DNA of 64,000 bases from Candidatus Poribacteria bacterium (GTDB lineage Bacteria; Poribacteria; WGA-4E; JAJDTR01), in the NCBI GenBank assembly GCA_965222225.1, contig CBDCTK010000002.1, positions 3,296,001 through 3,360,000 on the forward strand. Direction: 5' to 3'. The notes beneath the pieces are model-generated. The model was not told the DNA's origin. It did no database searches and worked only from the letters and a program-made list of their open reading frames with translations. This document shows, in pieces, positions 40,895-49,772 of this stretch; position 1 is the stretch's first letter; each line of letters opens with the position of its first letter. The position numbers and the translations under genes are program-made.

Positions 40895-43855
40895 CTACAG
40901 GTTCGGTGGGATGCGATAAGCGCGATAGAGGCGGCTCTTTAGGTCGTCCTTAACCTCCGGTTTTGATAGCTTGTTATACAGTTCCACCTTGTTATTGACA
41001 AAATCCAGCAGGATTGTGTCAAGCACTTGTCCAAATTTGTAGTGTCGGTTGCTCTCCGTATTGTCGCCCTCCATAACCTGCCGAAGGTCTTCATTCTCGT
41101 TCACCCTGCGGCGGATTGTGTCAATATCAACCTTGTCTTCCTCGGTGAAGTCTGTCTGATGGGCATTGTTCAACGCCTCAATGATACTGGAGAGCAAATC
41201 TACCTCCGGATCGGCGATGGTGCCCTCTCCACTCCCGATTCCGGGAACTTCGCTGTCCTCCGATTCAAGTTTGAGTTGCAAATCTTTATGGACTTGCTGA
41301 ACGCGAAACGAATCCAAGTCCACCGCTTCCAGCACATCGCTCACGTCGGGGTGCTCCCGTTTCGGCAGCTTTTTGTTGAGGCTGCGAGCAAAGACGTACA
41401 GTTTCTCCAGATCGGCGTCGGTGAAGGTAATCAACTGCGAGATATAGCCGTAGAGGCGGATGTAGCTTTGCAAGGCGGATCGGAACTCCTCTCGTTCCTC
41501 CTCGTCCCGGTCCGACCAGCGTTCGACAACCTCGTCCAAGATGGCCTGTATCAATTCGTCGGGTTGCTCCCCGTCATAAAAGACGAGGCAGAATCGGTTG
41601 ATGGTATCCTCGCTGTAGACGTTGAAATCCTCCAACTGGCGCTGCAGGTCGTACAACCGATTGGGGTCGGTCTCCTCCGCCAGCATCGTCGTCTGGTAAT
41701 ACTGCTGAAAGGCGGCTTGGATTCCGTCGGGTTCGTTCACGAAATCGAGCACCAGCGTATCCGTCTTGCCCTCGACGACGCGGTTCAAGCGGCTTAGGGC
41801 TTGGACGCATTGCAGCCCCTCCAGCCGTTTGTCAACGTACATGGTGTGGAGCATCGGCTCGTCGAAACCGGTCTGGAACTTGTTCGACACAATCAGAATC
41901 CGATACTTCGGACTCTTGAAGGTGTCGGGAATGGAGACGCCCGGCGGCAAACCGTTCATGCCGTTCTCGGTGTAGTCCTCTCCGTTGTCGGTGTCGTGCA
42001 CCGTGCCGCTGAAGGCGACCAGACAACCGTAAGGGAGATTCATCTCGCGCATCTGCTCCCCAAATTCCTGCTTGTAGCGGACGCAGTGAAGACGGGATCG
42101 CGTAATCAGCATCGCCCGTCCCTTACTCCCAATCGTCTTCGCCGTGTGTCGGATGAAGTGTTCAAGCATAATCTTCGTCTTCGTCTCAATGCTGTGCGGT
42201 TGTAGATCAACGTAGTTCGTCAAGGCGCGCAGCGTCCGCCCCGTCTCGTAGACTTTATCATCCTCCGCGTTCTTGACCAGTTGGAAGTACCGCTTGAAGG
42301 TGTTGTAGTTCTGCAAGACATCAAGCGTGAAGACTTCGCTGATGCTCTGTTTCATGGAATAGACGTGGAACGGGAGGAACTTTCCGTCTTCGCCCTTGCG
42401 TCCGAACAGTTCCAAGGTTTTGTTCTTGGGCGTACCGCTGAACCCGAAATAGGAGATGTGATCCTGCGCGCCCCGGAGTTCCATCTCCCGGATAATCCGC
42501 GCGTCCATATCGGATACTTCCGCGCCGTCATCATCGGCGCCCTCGTCCGCCTCTATCCCTCGCGACAGCGATGCCCTTAGGTTGCGCGCCGCCTCGCCGG
42601 TCTGGGAGGAGTGGACTTCGTCAATAATCACGGCGAAGGTTTTGCTTTTGAGTTCGCCGATGGTTTCGGCAATCACGCTGAATTTTTGTATCGTGGAGAT
42701 GATGATGTCCTTGCCGGTTTCCAGGAAGCCTCTGAGTTGCACGGAGGTCTTGTCAACGGAATGGACGACGCCTTCCACCTGCTCCGACTGCTTGATGGTC
42801 TCCTGGAGTTGTTTGTCGAGCACGCGCCGGTCGGTGACGACAATCACCGAGTCGAAGATGCGCTCCGTATCCGTCGGGGAGCGGTAGAGATGCGTCAGCA
42901 GGTGCGCCAGCCAAGCGATGGAGTTCGACTTGCCGCTGCCGGTGGCGTGTTGGATGAGGTAGTTGCGCCCGACGCCTTCCACAACGATAGCCGCTTTCAG
43001 TACCCGGATTACGTCAAGCTGGTGGTAGCGCGGAAAGACCAGTACCGACTCCTTTTTATCTTTCACCGCGCCCAAGCCGGCGTCGAAAACTTTTGTTGTG
43101 ACCTCCTGCTCATGGATGAAGTCCCCAATTAAGTGCAGCAGGTTATCGGGTTGCAGGATATCCTCCCAGAGGTAGGCGACCTTGTGACCGTCGTCGTTCA
43201 CCGGGTTTTCGATATCCCTGTTAAACGGAAAGAATCGGGTTTCGTTCCCCGCCAAGCGGGTCGTCATGGAGACCTTCTCGTTGCCCACGGCGAAGTGTAC
43301 CAGGCAGCGCTTGAATTTGAAGAGCGGCTCTCTGGGGTCTCGATCCTCCTTATACTGTTTCTCGGCGTCCGTCACCACCTGACCGGTGAGGCTGTTCTTG
43401 AGTTCCATTGTCACCAGCGGTAGACCGTTGAGGAACAATGCCATGTCCAGCGATTTTTCGTTTCGCTGCGAATACTTGAGTTGGCGGATCAGGGTGAATC
43501 GGTTCAGCGCGTGGAGGCGTTGATGGTCGGGGTTCATGCCGCTCGACGGACGGAAGTAGGTCAGGCTGAAGTTGCAGCCGCGGTCTTTCACGCCTTTGCG
43601 CAGCACATCAAGGACACCGCGGCGCTCAATCTGCATTGCGATTCGATTGAGGAGCCTATCCGGCGTCGCTGCCCCGTATTCGCGTTTAAGCCGCTCATAC
43701 TCCGTTGGTTGTGTATTTTGAATGAATTTCAGCAACTCCTCGGGAATCAGGCAGGCGTATTTGTCGTAGTCGGGGGATTGGAGTGAACGGTAGCCCGACC
43801 GGTTCAGGCGCTCTTCAATGTGGTCTTCGAAATTGGTTTCGGAGTACGTGCGCAT
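40895..43855 (-). CDS. hsdR: Type I restriction enzyme R subunit
   Basis: DMALFLNGLPLVTMELKN nuclease motif, QHATGSGKS, DEVH, FSGTPK, TGFDEP, QALSRLNR. Confidence 0.95.
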   Translation of the reverse strand: MRTYSETNFEDHIEERLNRSGYRSLQSPDYDKYACLIPEELLKFIQNTQPTEYERLKREYGAATPDRLLNRIAMQIERRGVLDVLRKGVKDRGCNFSLTYFRPSSGMNPDHQRLHALNRFTLIRQLKYSQRNEKSLDMALFLNGLPLVTMELKNSLTGQVVTDAEKQYKEDRDPREPLFKFKRCLVHFAVGNEKVSMTTRLAGNETRFFPFNRDIENPVNDDGHKVAYLWEDILQPDNLLHLIGDFIHEQEVTTKVFDAGLGAVKDKKESVLVFPRYHQLDVIRVLKAAIVVEGVGRNYLIQHATGSGKSNSIAWLAHLLTHLYRSPTDTERIFDSVIVVTDRRVLDKQLQETIKQSEQVEGVVHSVDKTSVQLRGFLETGKDIIISTIQKFSVIAETIGELKSKTFAVIIDEVHSSQTGEAARNLRASLSRGIEADEGADDDGAEVSDMDARIIREMELRGAQDHISYFGFSGTPKNKTLELFGRKGEDGKFLPFHVYSMKQSISEVFTLDVLQNYNTFKRYFQLVKNAEDDKVYETGRTLRALTNYVDLQPHSIETKTKIMLEHFIRHTAKTIGSKGRAMLITRSRLHCVRYKQEFGEQMREMNLPYGCLVAFSGTVHDTDNGEDYTENGMNGLPPGVSIPDTFKSPKYRILIVSNKFQTGFDEPMLHTMYVDKRLEGLQCVQALSRLNRVVEGKTDTLVLDFVNEPDGIQAAFQQYYQTTMLAEETDPNRLYDLQRQLEDFNVYSEDTINRFCLVFYDGEQPDELIQAILDEVVERWSDRDEEEREEFRSALQSYIRLYGYISQLITFTDADLEKLYVFARSLNKKLPKREHPDVSDVLEAVDLDSFRVQQVHKDLQLKLESEDSEVPGIGSGEGTIADPEVDLLSSIIEALNNAHQTDFTEEDKVDIDTIRRRVNENEDLRQVMEGDNTESNRHYKFGQVLDTILLDFVNNKVELYNKLSKPEVKDDLKSRLYRAYRIPPNL

Positions 43856-43916
43856 GGTCGGCGATTAGTACTTTACTACTAATCCCTCCGGGGTTACTCG
43901 TGTGTGATAGTTATGT

Positions 43917-44459
43917 GAGGGGTGTGCATAAGTGAATTTCTCAGCCTTGGTCGCACAATTTGGGCTGAGCGGAGTGAATCTTATTTACCAAGTTGCTTTG
44001 AATCCCGATCTTATCGGGGCTAATCCCTGCTGAATTTGCGATTTAGACATGCGATTCACATTGCGCTCCTCTGGAGCGCAGAGATTGGACGCATCACGAT
44101 TCTATTGACATCGCACTCCTCTGGAGTGCAAGAGGTAGGAAATCTCTATTAAGGAACGCTTTCTCAAAGCTAACCAAGGATCGAAAAACGAGTGTTGCTT
44201 GCTGAAAGAATTTTTCCGACAGGAATAATGGCGCGCTACAGACATATCAGGATCTCTATCGCACTCACTATCCGTTCGTTTGATCACTCCTTATCCAGTC
44301 GCTTGATCTCACTCTGGAGCGAAGGTTCCTATTAGACTGTTAGGACTATCTTGTATTATACTTGCTGGAGGCACGAACATGGCGAGGGCTTCGTTGACGT
44401 ATCCATTTTTTCTGTGTCATCTTCTGAATCTATTTCAGTAATAGTTATGCACACGCCTC
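43917..44459. mobile_element. Nested non-autonomous element (MITE), IS256-like ends
   Basis: 15-bp IRs GAGGGGTGTGCATAA / TTATGCACACGCCTC (1 mismatch), 8-bp target duplication AGTTATGT (43909-43916, 44460-44467), no transposase. Confidence 0.75.
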
Positions 44460-44480
44460 AGTTATGTGATATGTAGATAC

Positions 44481-44511
44481 AAAAAAGGCGGGTGATGTAA
44501 ATACACCCGCC
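44481..44511 (-). terminator. Intrinsic terminator after the DUF5678/protease pair
   Basis: GGCGGGTG / CACCCGCC stem followed by 6 T on the minus strand. Confidence 0.6.
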
Positions 44512-44537
44512 ACTTTGAAGGCGCGTAAATGTCGTGA

Positions 44538-44793
44538 TTAAGGTTGAAAGTCAAGACTAAATTTGCCTGCCTTGCCATCGTATATCAATACACCAAAGCG
44601 TAAAATATCCATTCCCAGTAAACAATCAACGGTTATATCAATAGGTAATGCGGTTACACGAAAGTCATCAACGTACTTTCCATATGGTTATGTTAGGTGC
44701 GAGAATCAAGGGAAAGTGAGTAGCACGAGACACTTCCATGGGCACAGTTAGAAACTGTGTATCTTGCGCCAAGGTAGCGTCATAGGTTGGCAT
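44538..44793 (-). pseudogene. Retropepsin-like aspartyl protease, internally deleted and frameshifted
   Basis: ATG coupled (TAATG) to the upstream gene. The N-terminal frame stops after 41 aa; another frame carries the C-terminus VDCLLGMDILRFGVLIYDGKAGKFSLDF; the catalytic DTG segment is missing. Confidence 0.7.
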
Positions 44794-45026
44794 TATCGTG
44801 CTCTCACCAGGCTTGGCATAAAGCGAATCCTAAACTCTTCATCGGTTATTTCATTGACAAGAAAGTGGGAATCCTTAAATTGCTCATTGCCTTGTTTAAC
44901 TGCATCCAGTTCGTTTTCAAAGATTCCAATTATCTCATCATCTTTGATTAAAACGAACTTTCCCTTGTGATTCTTAACAAGATTCGGCTTATTTTCCTGA
45001 AATGTCTGAAATTCTTTATCTAACAT
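44793..45026 (-). CDS. Small DUF5678-like protein (usual partner of retropepsin-like proteases)
   Basis: F..N...L...HKGKFVLIKDDEIIGIF....DA...G pattern; start taken at MLDKE. Confidence 0.6.
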   Translation of the reverse strand: MLDKEFQTFQENKPNLVKNHKGKFVLIKDDEIIGIFENELDAVKQGNEQFKDSHFLVNEITDEEFRIRFMPSLVRAR

Positions 45027-45242
45027 GGCGGTCACGATTATGTCCTCCATTATGTTAGCAAAAAACACCTATACATATATTACCATATTGGCTAATTTTC
45101 TATAGCCGGTAAGCATTATTGTACGGAATTAGTAGCTTGTAGCTTTTAGACTGACGACAAACATAAAACTTGGTACCCTGTCGTAAATCTTTTCGTCACA
45201 CGTAGATGTCCATAGTGACTATTCTTCTCGTAGGAGTTTGCT

Positions 45243-46097
45243 ATGGACATTTTGAATCTTATGAAAGAGTTTCCAAATCAAGAATCTTGTCTCAGATTTA
45301 TAGAGGAAAAACGTTGGAAGGACGGTGTTTGCTGTATCCACTGTGGCAGTGAAAAAGTTGGACGCAAGAACAAAAACGACATTACTACTGGTTGGAATTG
45401 CTACGATTGTGAATCTAGCTTTTCGGCTACAGCAGGAACCATCTTCCATGGTACCAAGATACCTCTCCAGAAATGGTTTTTGGCTATCTCAATTCTTTCC
45501 AATGCCAAGAAAAGCATATCGAGTTGTCAGCTTGCTCGTGACTTGGACATGAATCAAAAGTCCGCTTGGTATATGGCAATGCGCCTCCGTGAGAAAATGA
45601 GTGATAGTGATGAATTGCTGAAAGGGATAGTTGAAGCGGACGAAACCTATGTCGGCGGCAAACCCAGAGCAAAATCTAAGAGAGGTAGAGGCACAAATAA
45701 ATCTCCCGTCATCGGCGTAGTCGAGAGAGGCGGTCGGGTGGTTGCTAAATTCATGAAGGTTCTATCTGGTGAAAATATCAGAGAATTCATCCTTAGCAAT
45801 GTCTCACCCGATGAGTCTATTCTTATGACTGATGAATTTCGCTCTTACAATAGTCTGGACGAAGATATCGAAAGACATGTTATCCATCACCAAGAGAGAT
45901 ATGTTTCTGAGGACGGCGTAACTCACACCAACACCATCGAGTCGTTTTGGGCTTGTGTCAAGAGGTCATTCTACGGAACGCATCATCACTACAGCAAGAA
46001 GTGGCTGCCACTGTATATCATGGAGTCTTGCTGGAAATATAATCGCAGAAAAGATGATGAGATTTTCATAAGATTTTTTGATGAATGCTTCACCTGA
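45243..46097 (+). CDS. IS1595-family (ISXO2-like) transposase
   Basis: Zn ribbon CIHC...CYDC, GTIFH, EADETYVGG, TDE, TNTIESFW. Confidence 0.92.
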   Translation: MDILNLMKEFPNQESCLRFIEEKRWKDGVCCIHCGSEKVGRKNKNDITTGWNCYDCESSFSATAGTIFHGTKIPLQKWFLAISILSNAKKSISSCQLARDLDMNQKSAWYMAMRLREKMSDSDELLKGIVEADETYVGGKPRAKSKRGRGTNKSPVIGVVERGGRVVAKFMKVLSGENIREFILSNVSPDESILMTDEFRSYNSLDEDIERHVIHHQERYVSEDGVTHTNTIESFWACVKRSFYGTHHHYSKKWLPLYIMESCWKYNRRKDDEIFIRFFDECFT

Positions 46098-46533
46098 GCC
46101 ACATGAATTGTTTGGCTATCGGTATATTCTGTCAACGACAACATCATGGTGTGCTGAAAATCCCATAGTGTTGGAAATTAAAATCCCGCAGATAACCCGC
46201 AATGCTCCCGCGAGCATGTACAAACGCTTGGTCAACATGATATGCCTCCATTTCTCTCTTATAGAGATGTATTTTAGTGTGAATCAAGATTCCGAACACT
46301 GTCTAAAATGATTGTACATTAAGAAGAGAAAAGCAAGCAAATCGACCAAAAAGCAGTTAACTACTAAGTCCCTTATTGTATCATCTAAACACAGTGAAAT
46401 CAAGGTTTCCCTGACAACCGACATATCACTTCCTATCATCCTGTCGGGGTGTCTATTCTCATTTTTTCACCATACGTATGAAAAGGGATTTGTAGTCTAC
46501 GACTAGTGGGAGGGTACTAATCACCCGCACGGT

Positions 46534-47727
46534 CTACACCTCGTCCCGGACATCTATCTTGCCCGTCACAACCTCGGAGATGAGGGATTGGCGGTATTCT
46601 TTGAGGAGTTTGATGCTTTGTTCTTCGGTGGAGCGGTGTTCGTCGATTTGGCGTGTCTTGTGGTCAAGGAAGGCAGCGATTTGAAATTGTTCAGAGAGTG
46701 TAGGATATGCGATCTGGATATCCCCAACTTCGGATTCGTTTATTGATGGAACGGTGCCACCTCCCCTGTAGTACCTCTCAAAATCAACGTTTATCATCGT
46801 ATAGTACAAAAGCTTATAGTTTAATTGGGTTGAATATACGGACATCATGTTGTTGTCAATACATGAGTCTTTGACAAGGATATTTCGCTTGTTCAATAGC
46901 AATGCGGCGCCAATTTTCGGAAACACGATGCTCTTTGGTTTATGGAGCGTAAACTTGAAAGCATGAACCTCGTGGGAGGATACGGTATTTTGGGCACACA
47001 ACATTTCGACCTTGTTCGTGGGTAAATTGGTATCAGACACTTTGAAAAAAGGTACTTCCAAACTTGTTCTGCCCTGTAAATCATGCGAGAATCCATTCCC
47101 CGATTTGAGAGAACAGAAATATTTCAATTTTTTGACTTGCCAATACTTGGGTATCTCCCCAATCCAGTCTACCCCTGACGGTTTCATCTCCACATTTGGG
47201 TCAAGCCCCTTCGTCACTGCCTGATGTATCAGGGAGGCACGGTATTCACCCAGGAGTTCTATCTTTCGTTCTTTGACGCGGATGAGGTCGTCGATTTGTC
47301 CCGTCTTGTGGTCAAGGAAGTTGGCGATTTGGCGTTGTGTGGGAATTGGAGGTATTGAGGTTGGTACTTGTCGAAGGACAATCTGTGTTAATAGAGGTTG
47401 TGCAGACCCGCCCGCATAACGATTTAAGTTTAGCCCTCCAAGCAAGTAGTAAATGTATTCTATGTCGAATGAAATATCCTTCGGTTGTCCTACAATTGTG
47501 TTGTCTGAAGCCCAGAAATGCGTCTTGCAGTATTTGATCGAACCGCAATATGCACCCACACGACCAATGATTAAGCCGTTTTGATGTGTATACTCACTAC
47601 TTTGCCCTATCAAGCCGTTCGAACCATAAACTGGATATACTCCATCACCTCCTGGCTTTATGGATTTACCATTGAAGAATCTTAGCACATTGCCGAGCAC
47701 GGTAGGTTTAAAATGACTAGACTGCAT
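46534..47727 (-). CDS. hsdS: Type I restriction-modification specificity subunit
   Basis: Two TRDs separated by conserved repeats (Q.QIA.FLDHKT.QID), SGVDWIGEIP, C-terminal SLISEVVTGKIDV. Confidence 0.93.
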   Translation of the reverse strand: MQSSHFKPTVLGNVLRFFNGKSIKPGGDGVYPVYGSNGLIGQSSEYTHQNGLIIGRVGAYCGSIKYCKTHFWASDNTIVGQPKDISFDIEYIYYLLGGLNLNRYAGGSAQPLLTQIVLRQVPTSIPPIPTQRQIANFLDHKTGQIDDLIRVKERKIELLGEYRASLIHQAVTKGLDPNVEMKPSGVDWIGEIPKYWQVKKLKYFCSLKSGNGFSHDLQGRTSLEVPFFKVSDTNLPTNKVEMLCAQNTVSSHEVHAFKFTLHKPKSIVFPKIGAALLLNKRNILVKDSCIDNNMMSVYSTQLNYKLLYYTMINVDFERYYRGGGTVPSINESEVGDIQIAYPTLSEQFQIAAFLDHKTRQIDEHRSTEEQSIKLLKEYRQSLISEVVTGKIDVRDEV

Positions 47728-47943
47728 TAGTTGAATTCCTACGCGATTATCACTAATTCATGTCCGAATCCGGATTTCTTGGTTTTTAGGATTAAATTAA
47801 CAGGGCGGACTTTATCTGTTGCCATTTACTATTCTGAGAATCCTGATTCTGAAACCTCTGTTAAAATCATCGCCAATCAATTTAGTTTCAGCACAACCGC
47901 CCATAACATAAATGTCTAATTCAGTAAGCTTTCGCCATCCCGT

Positions 47944-48450
47944 TCAAGCGTGTCTACGTAATTGCCGAATGTCATCCTCGCAAATAAATTCAATTGTTAC
48001 GCCATTTCGACAAAATGCGTCGCGGAGTTGCCACCACTGTTTATCCATGGCTTGGAGGATGGGCGGCTTTTCGGCATGGGCACGGGCAACTGCGATAAAT
48101 TTCCGGTCGTCGGGATCGAATTTTTGCAATTCTGGGTCGTCAGGGAATTCTATGAACTCAGTTTGTGAATTTTCAATAGGCGTAATCGGAACCAATTCGC
48201 ACTGCTCCGTGTTTGTCCGATTTCGTAGGCTCCACACGAAAAACCTATCACCGGCGCCCGGTTTTCCACTTTCACTGAGATTTCTTGAATACTCGCCGAG
48301 AATTATCCAATCCGCGTCAAGAATCAATTTCATCTCGCCCTGCATAATCCGTTCTAGCCAGTTAATGCAGGATTCTTCACACTCCTTAAAGTCTTTTCCC
48401 CATTCGCCGTTGGCGAGCCTTGCTACGTTTGTATCTACAATTACCATCAT
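47944..48450 (-). CDS. PIN-like domain protein (putative ribonuclease effector)
   Basis: N-terminal VIVDTNV, I..EY, DPDDRKFIAVA, ILQAMD acidic residues; 4-bp overlap with the upstream ATPase. Confidence 0.7.
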   Translation of the reverse strand: MMVIVDTNVARLANGEWGKDFKECEESCINWLERIMQGEMKLILDADWIILGEYSRNLSESGKPGAGDRFFVWSLRNRTNTEQCELVPITPIENSQTEFIEFPDDPELQKFDPDDRKFIAVARAHAEKPPILQAMDKQWWQLRDAFCRNGVTIEFICEDDIRQLRRHA

Positions 48451-49721
48451 AATGTGTTTGCTTTCCGACGCTTAATTTCAGCTTTGGCTCTTTCTACAAC
48501 ATCACCTGCGTCATCGCCAAAGAAGTCCCGGGGCCAATTGCTAACGTTGCCGTATTCATCCATCTTCAGTGGTTCAATTTGGGATGTGCCATCGTTGATT
48601 TGGCAGGAATAGAGTGCCATGGCATCCGCCGAAATCTCTCCCTCGGCGATGCGGCGCGTCAAGCGGTGAAGCAGGTGCTCGCTGTGGCTCTCAAGGATAA
48701 TCTGGATATTCCGGTTTTTTACGACATCAATGAGGACATCCGCTAATTCGGATTGTACCTTCGGATGGAGGTGCGCTTCGGGTTGTTCGAGAATAAGGAT
48801 TGATCCTTCGCGAGCGTAGTAGCAGTCAACCAGCACCGGAAAGACTTGGGAGACGCCGAAGCCCACGTCCGTGAGCCGCACCTCGGGACCGCCCTTGTGC
48901 TTCGTGACGCGGACATCGTAACTGCCTTTTTTATTAAGATTGGGTTGGATTCGATAAGAGTCAATCAGATCCAAGCGTTGGAGCCATTCAAGTATCTGCT
49001 TCTCAATGGAGAGGAGTTGTATTCTGCCTGAAAGCAGGGCGGGAATTGCCTTTTCTCCACGCTGTCCGATGTTTTCTGGATGATCGCCCTTCCACGTGTA
49101 CCAGTGCCGTGGGGGTTCGCGCAGTGGGCCTAGGTAGTGGATTCTCTTGAATAGGTTTTCAAATGCGTCTTGGCGAGTCAAAAAAGCTTCCAAATATTTG
49201 TCCGGTCCACCACGCTGTTCAACAACTCCATAGCATCGAAACGCCTCTTTCTGTTTAGTTGAAAAATGTCTTCCGGCTGCATAATCGGGGAACGTGAACG
49301 TGTATCCCGCCCCATCTCTTACTAAATCCCATCTGGAACCGTAGCCCTCGTAACGAAAAGTATGTAAATTAGGATGCTCGGATGTTTTCTCAATGGACAT
49401 CGAAAAGGTTAAGTTTTGTCCAATCTTCATTTCTTCAGGTAGCTCACACGACACGGAAATGCGGAGGCTCAAATTCGCGTTATGTTGGTGGATGACATTA
49501 TCAAAACTGACCAAATTGACAAGCGATTCCTCAGTGCCGAAGTAGAGTGGCTCATTCCACTCCGGTGGACGCTCCACAGTCTGCTTGAGCATGAGCAGTA
49601 CCTGCAGGATACCTGTCTTGCCGGAGCTATTGGCGCCGAAGAATCCGGTCAATGGAGCGAAATCTAATTTGCCTGTGTCTTCCCATGATTTGAAATTCTC
49701 CGCTCTGAACTCGGTTATCAT
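48447..49721 (-). CDS. ABC-type ATPase (AAA_21/AAA_15) with DUF3696-like C-terminus, paralog 2
   Basis: ENFKSW, Walker A GANSSGKT, HYLGPLR, DVGFGVSQ signature, ILEQPEAHLHP, ESHSEH, WP..FF. Confidence 0.88.
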   Translation of the reverse strand: MITEFRAENFKSWEDTGKLDFAPLTGFFGANSSGKTGILQVLLMLKQTVERPPEWNEPLYFGTEESLVNLVSFDNVIHQHNANLSLRISVSCELPEEMKIGQNLTFSMSIEKTSEHPNLHTFRYEGYGSRWDLVRDGAGYTFTFPDYAAGRHFSTKQKEAFRCYGVVEQRGGPDKYLEAFLTRQDAFENLFKRIHYLGPLREPPRHWYTWKGDHPENIGQRGEKAIPALLSGRIQLLSIEKQILEWLQRLDLIDSYRIQPNLNKKGSYDVRVTKHKGGPEVRLTDVGFGVSQVFPVLVDCYYAREGSILILEQPEAHLHPKVQSELADVLIDVVKNRNIQIILESHSEHLLHRLTRRIAEGEISADAMALYSCQINDGTSQIEPLKMDEYGNVSNWPRDFFGDDAGDVVERAKAEIKRRKANTL

Positions 49722-49743
49722 GGCTCTTGTCTCCTTCTCGTAG

Positions 49744-49770
49744 AACGTTAGTATCGACAATCACCGTCAT
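49744..49770 (-). pseudogene. Remnant of a PIN gene start (MTVIVDTNV) between the two ATPases
   Basis: Matches MMVIVDTNV of 47944-48450 and begins 3 nt after the stop of paralog 1. Confidence 0.7.
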
Positions 49771-49772
49771 TA

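Larger units (their letters stand above)
43884..46514 (+). mobile_element. IS1595-family cargo transposon inserted between hsdS and hsdR
   Basis: Flanking direct repeat TACTAAT(C) at 43877 and 46515; imperfect ends CCCTCC / GGAGGG; contains the IS1595 transposase and passenger genes. Confidence 0.7.

Noticed and set aside
46117-46239. 40-codon minus-strand ORF with a GGAGG RBS inside the IS1595 element
   Set aside because: It is too short and has no recognisable domain; possibly a cargo gene fragment, but this cannot be supported.
39622-47727. Recombinase-driven hsdS shufflon
   Set aside because: There is only one hsdS, and no silent TRD cassettes or inverted repeats around it were seen; its internal direct repeats are the normal conserved regions.
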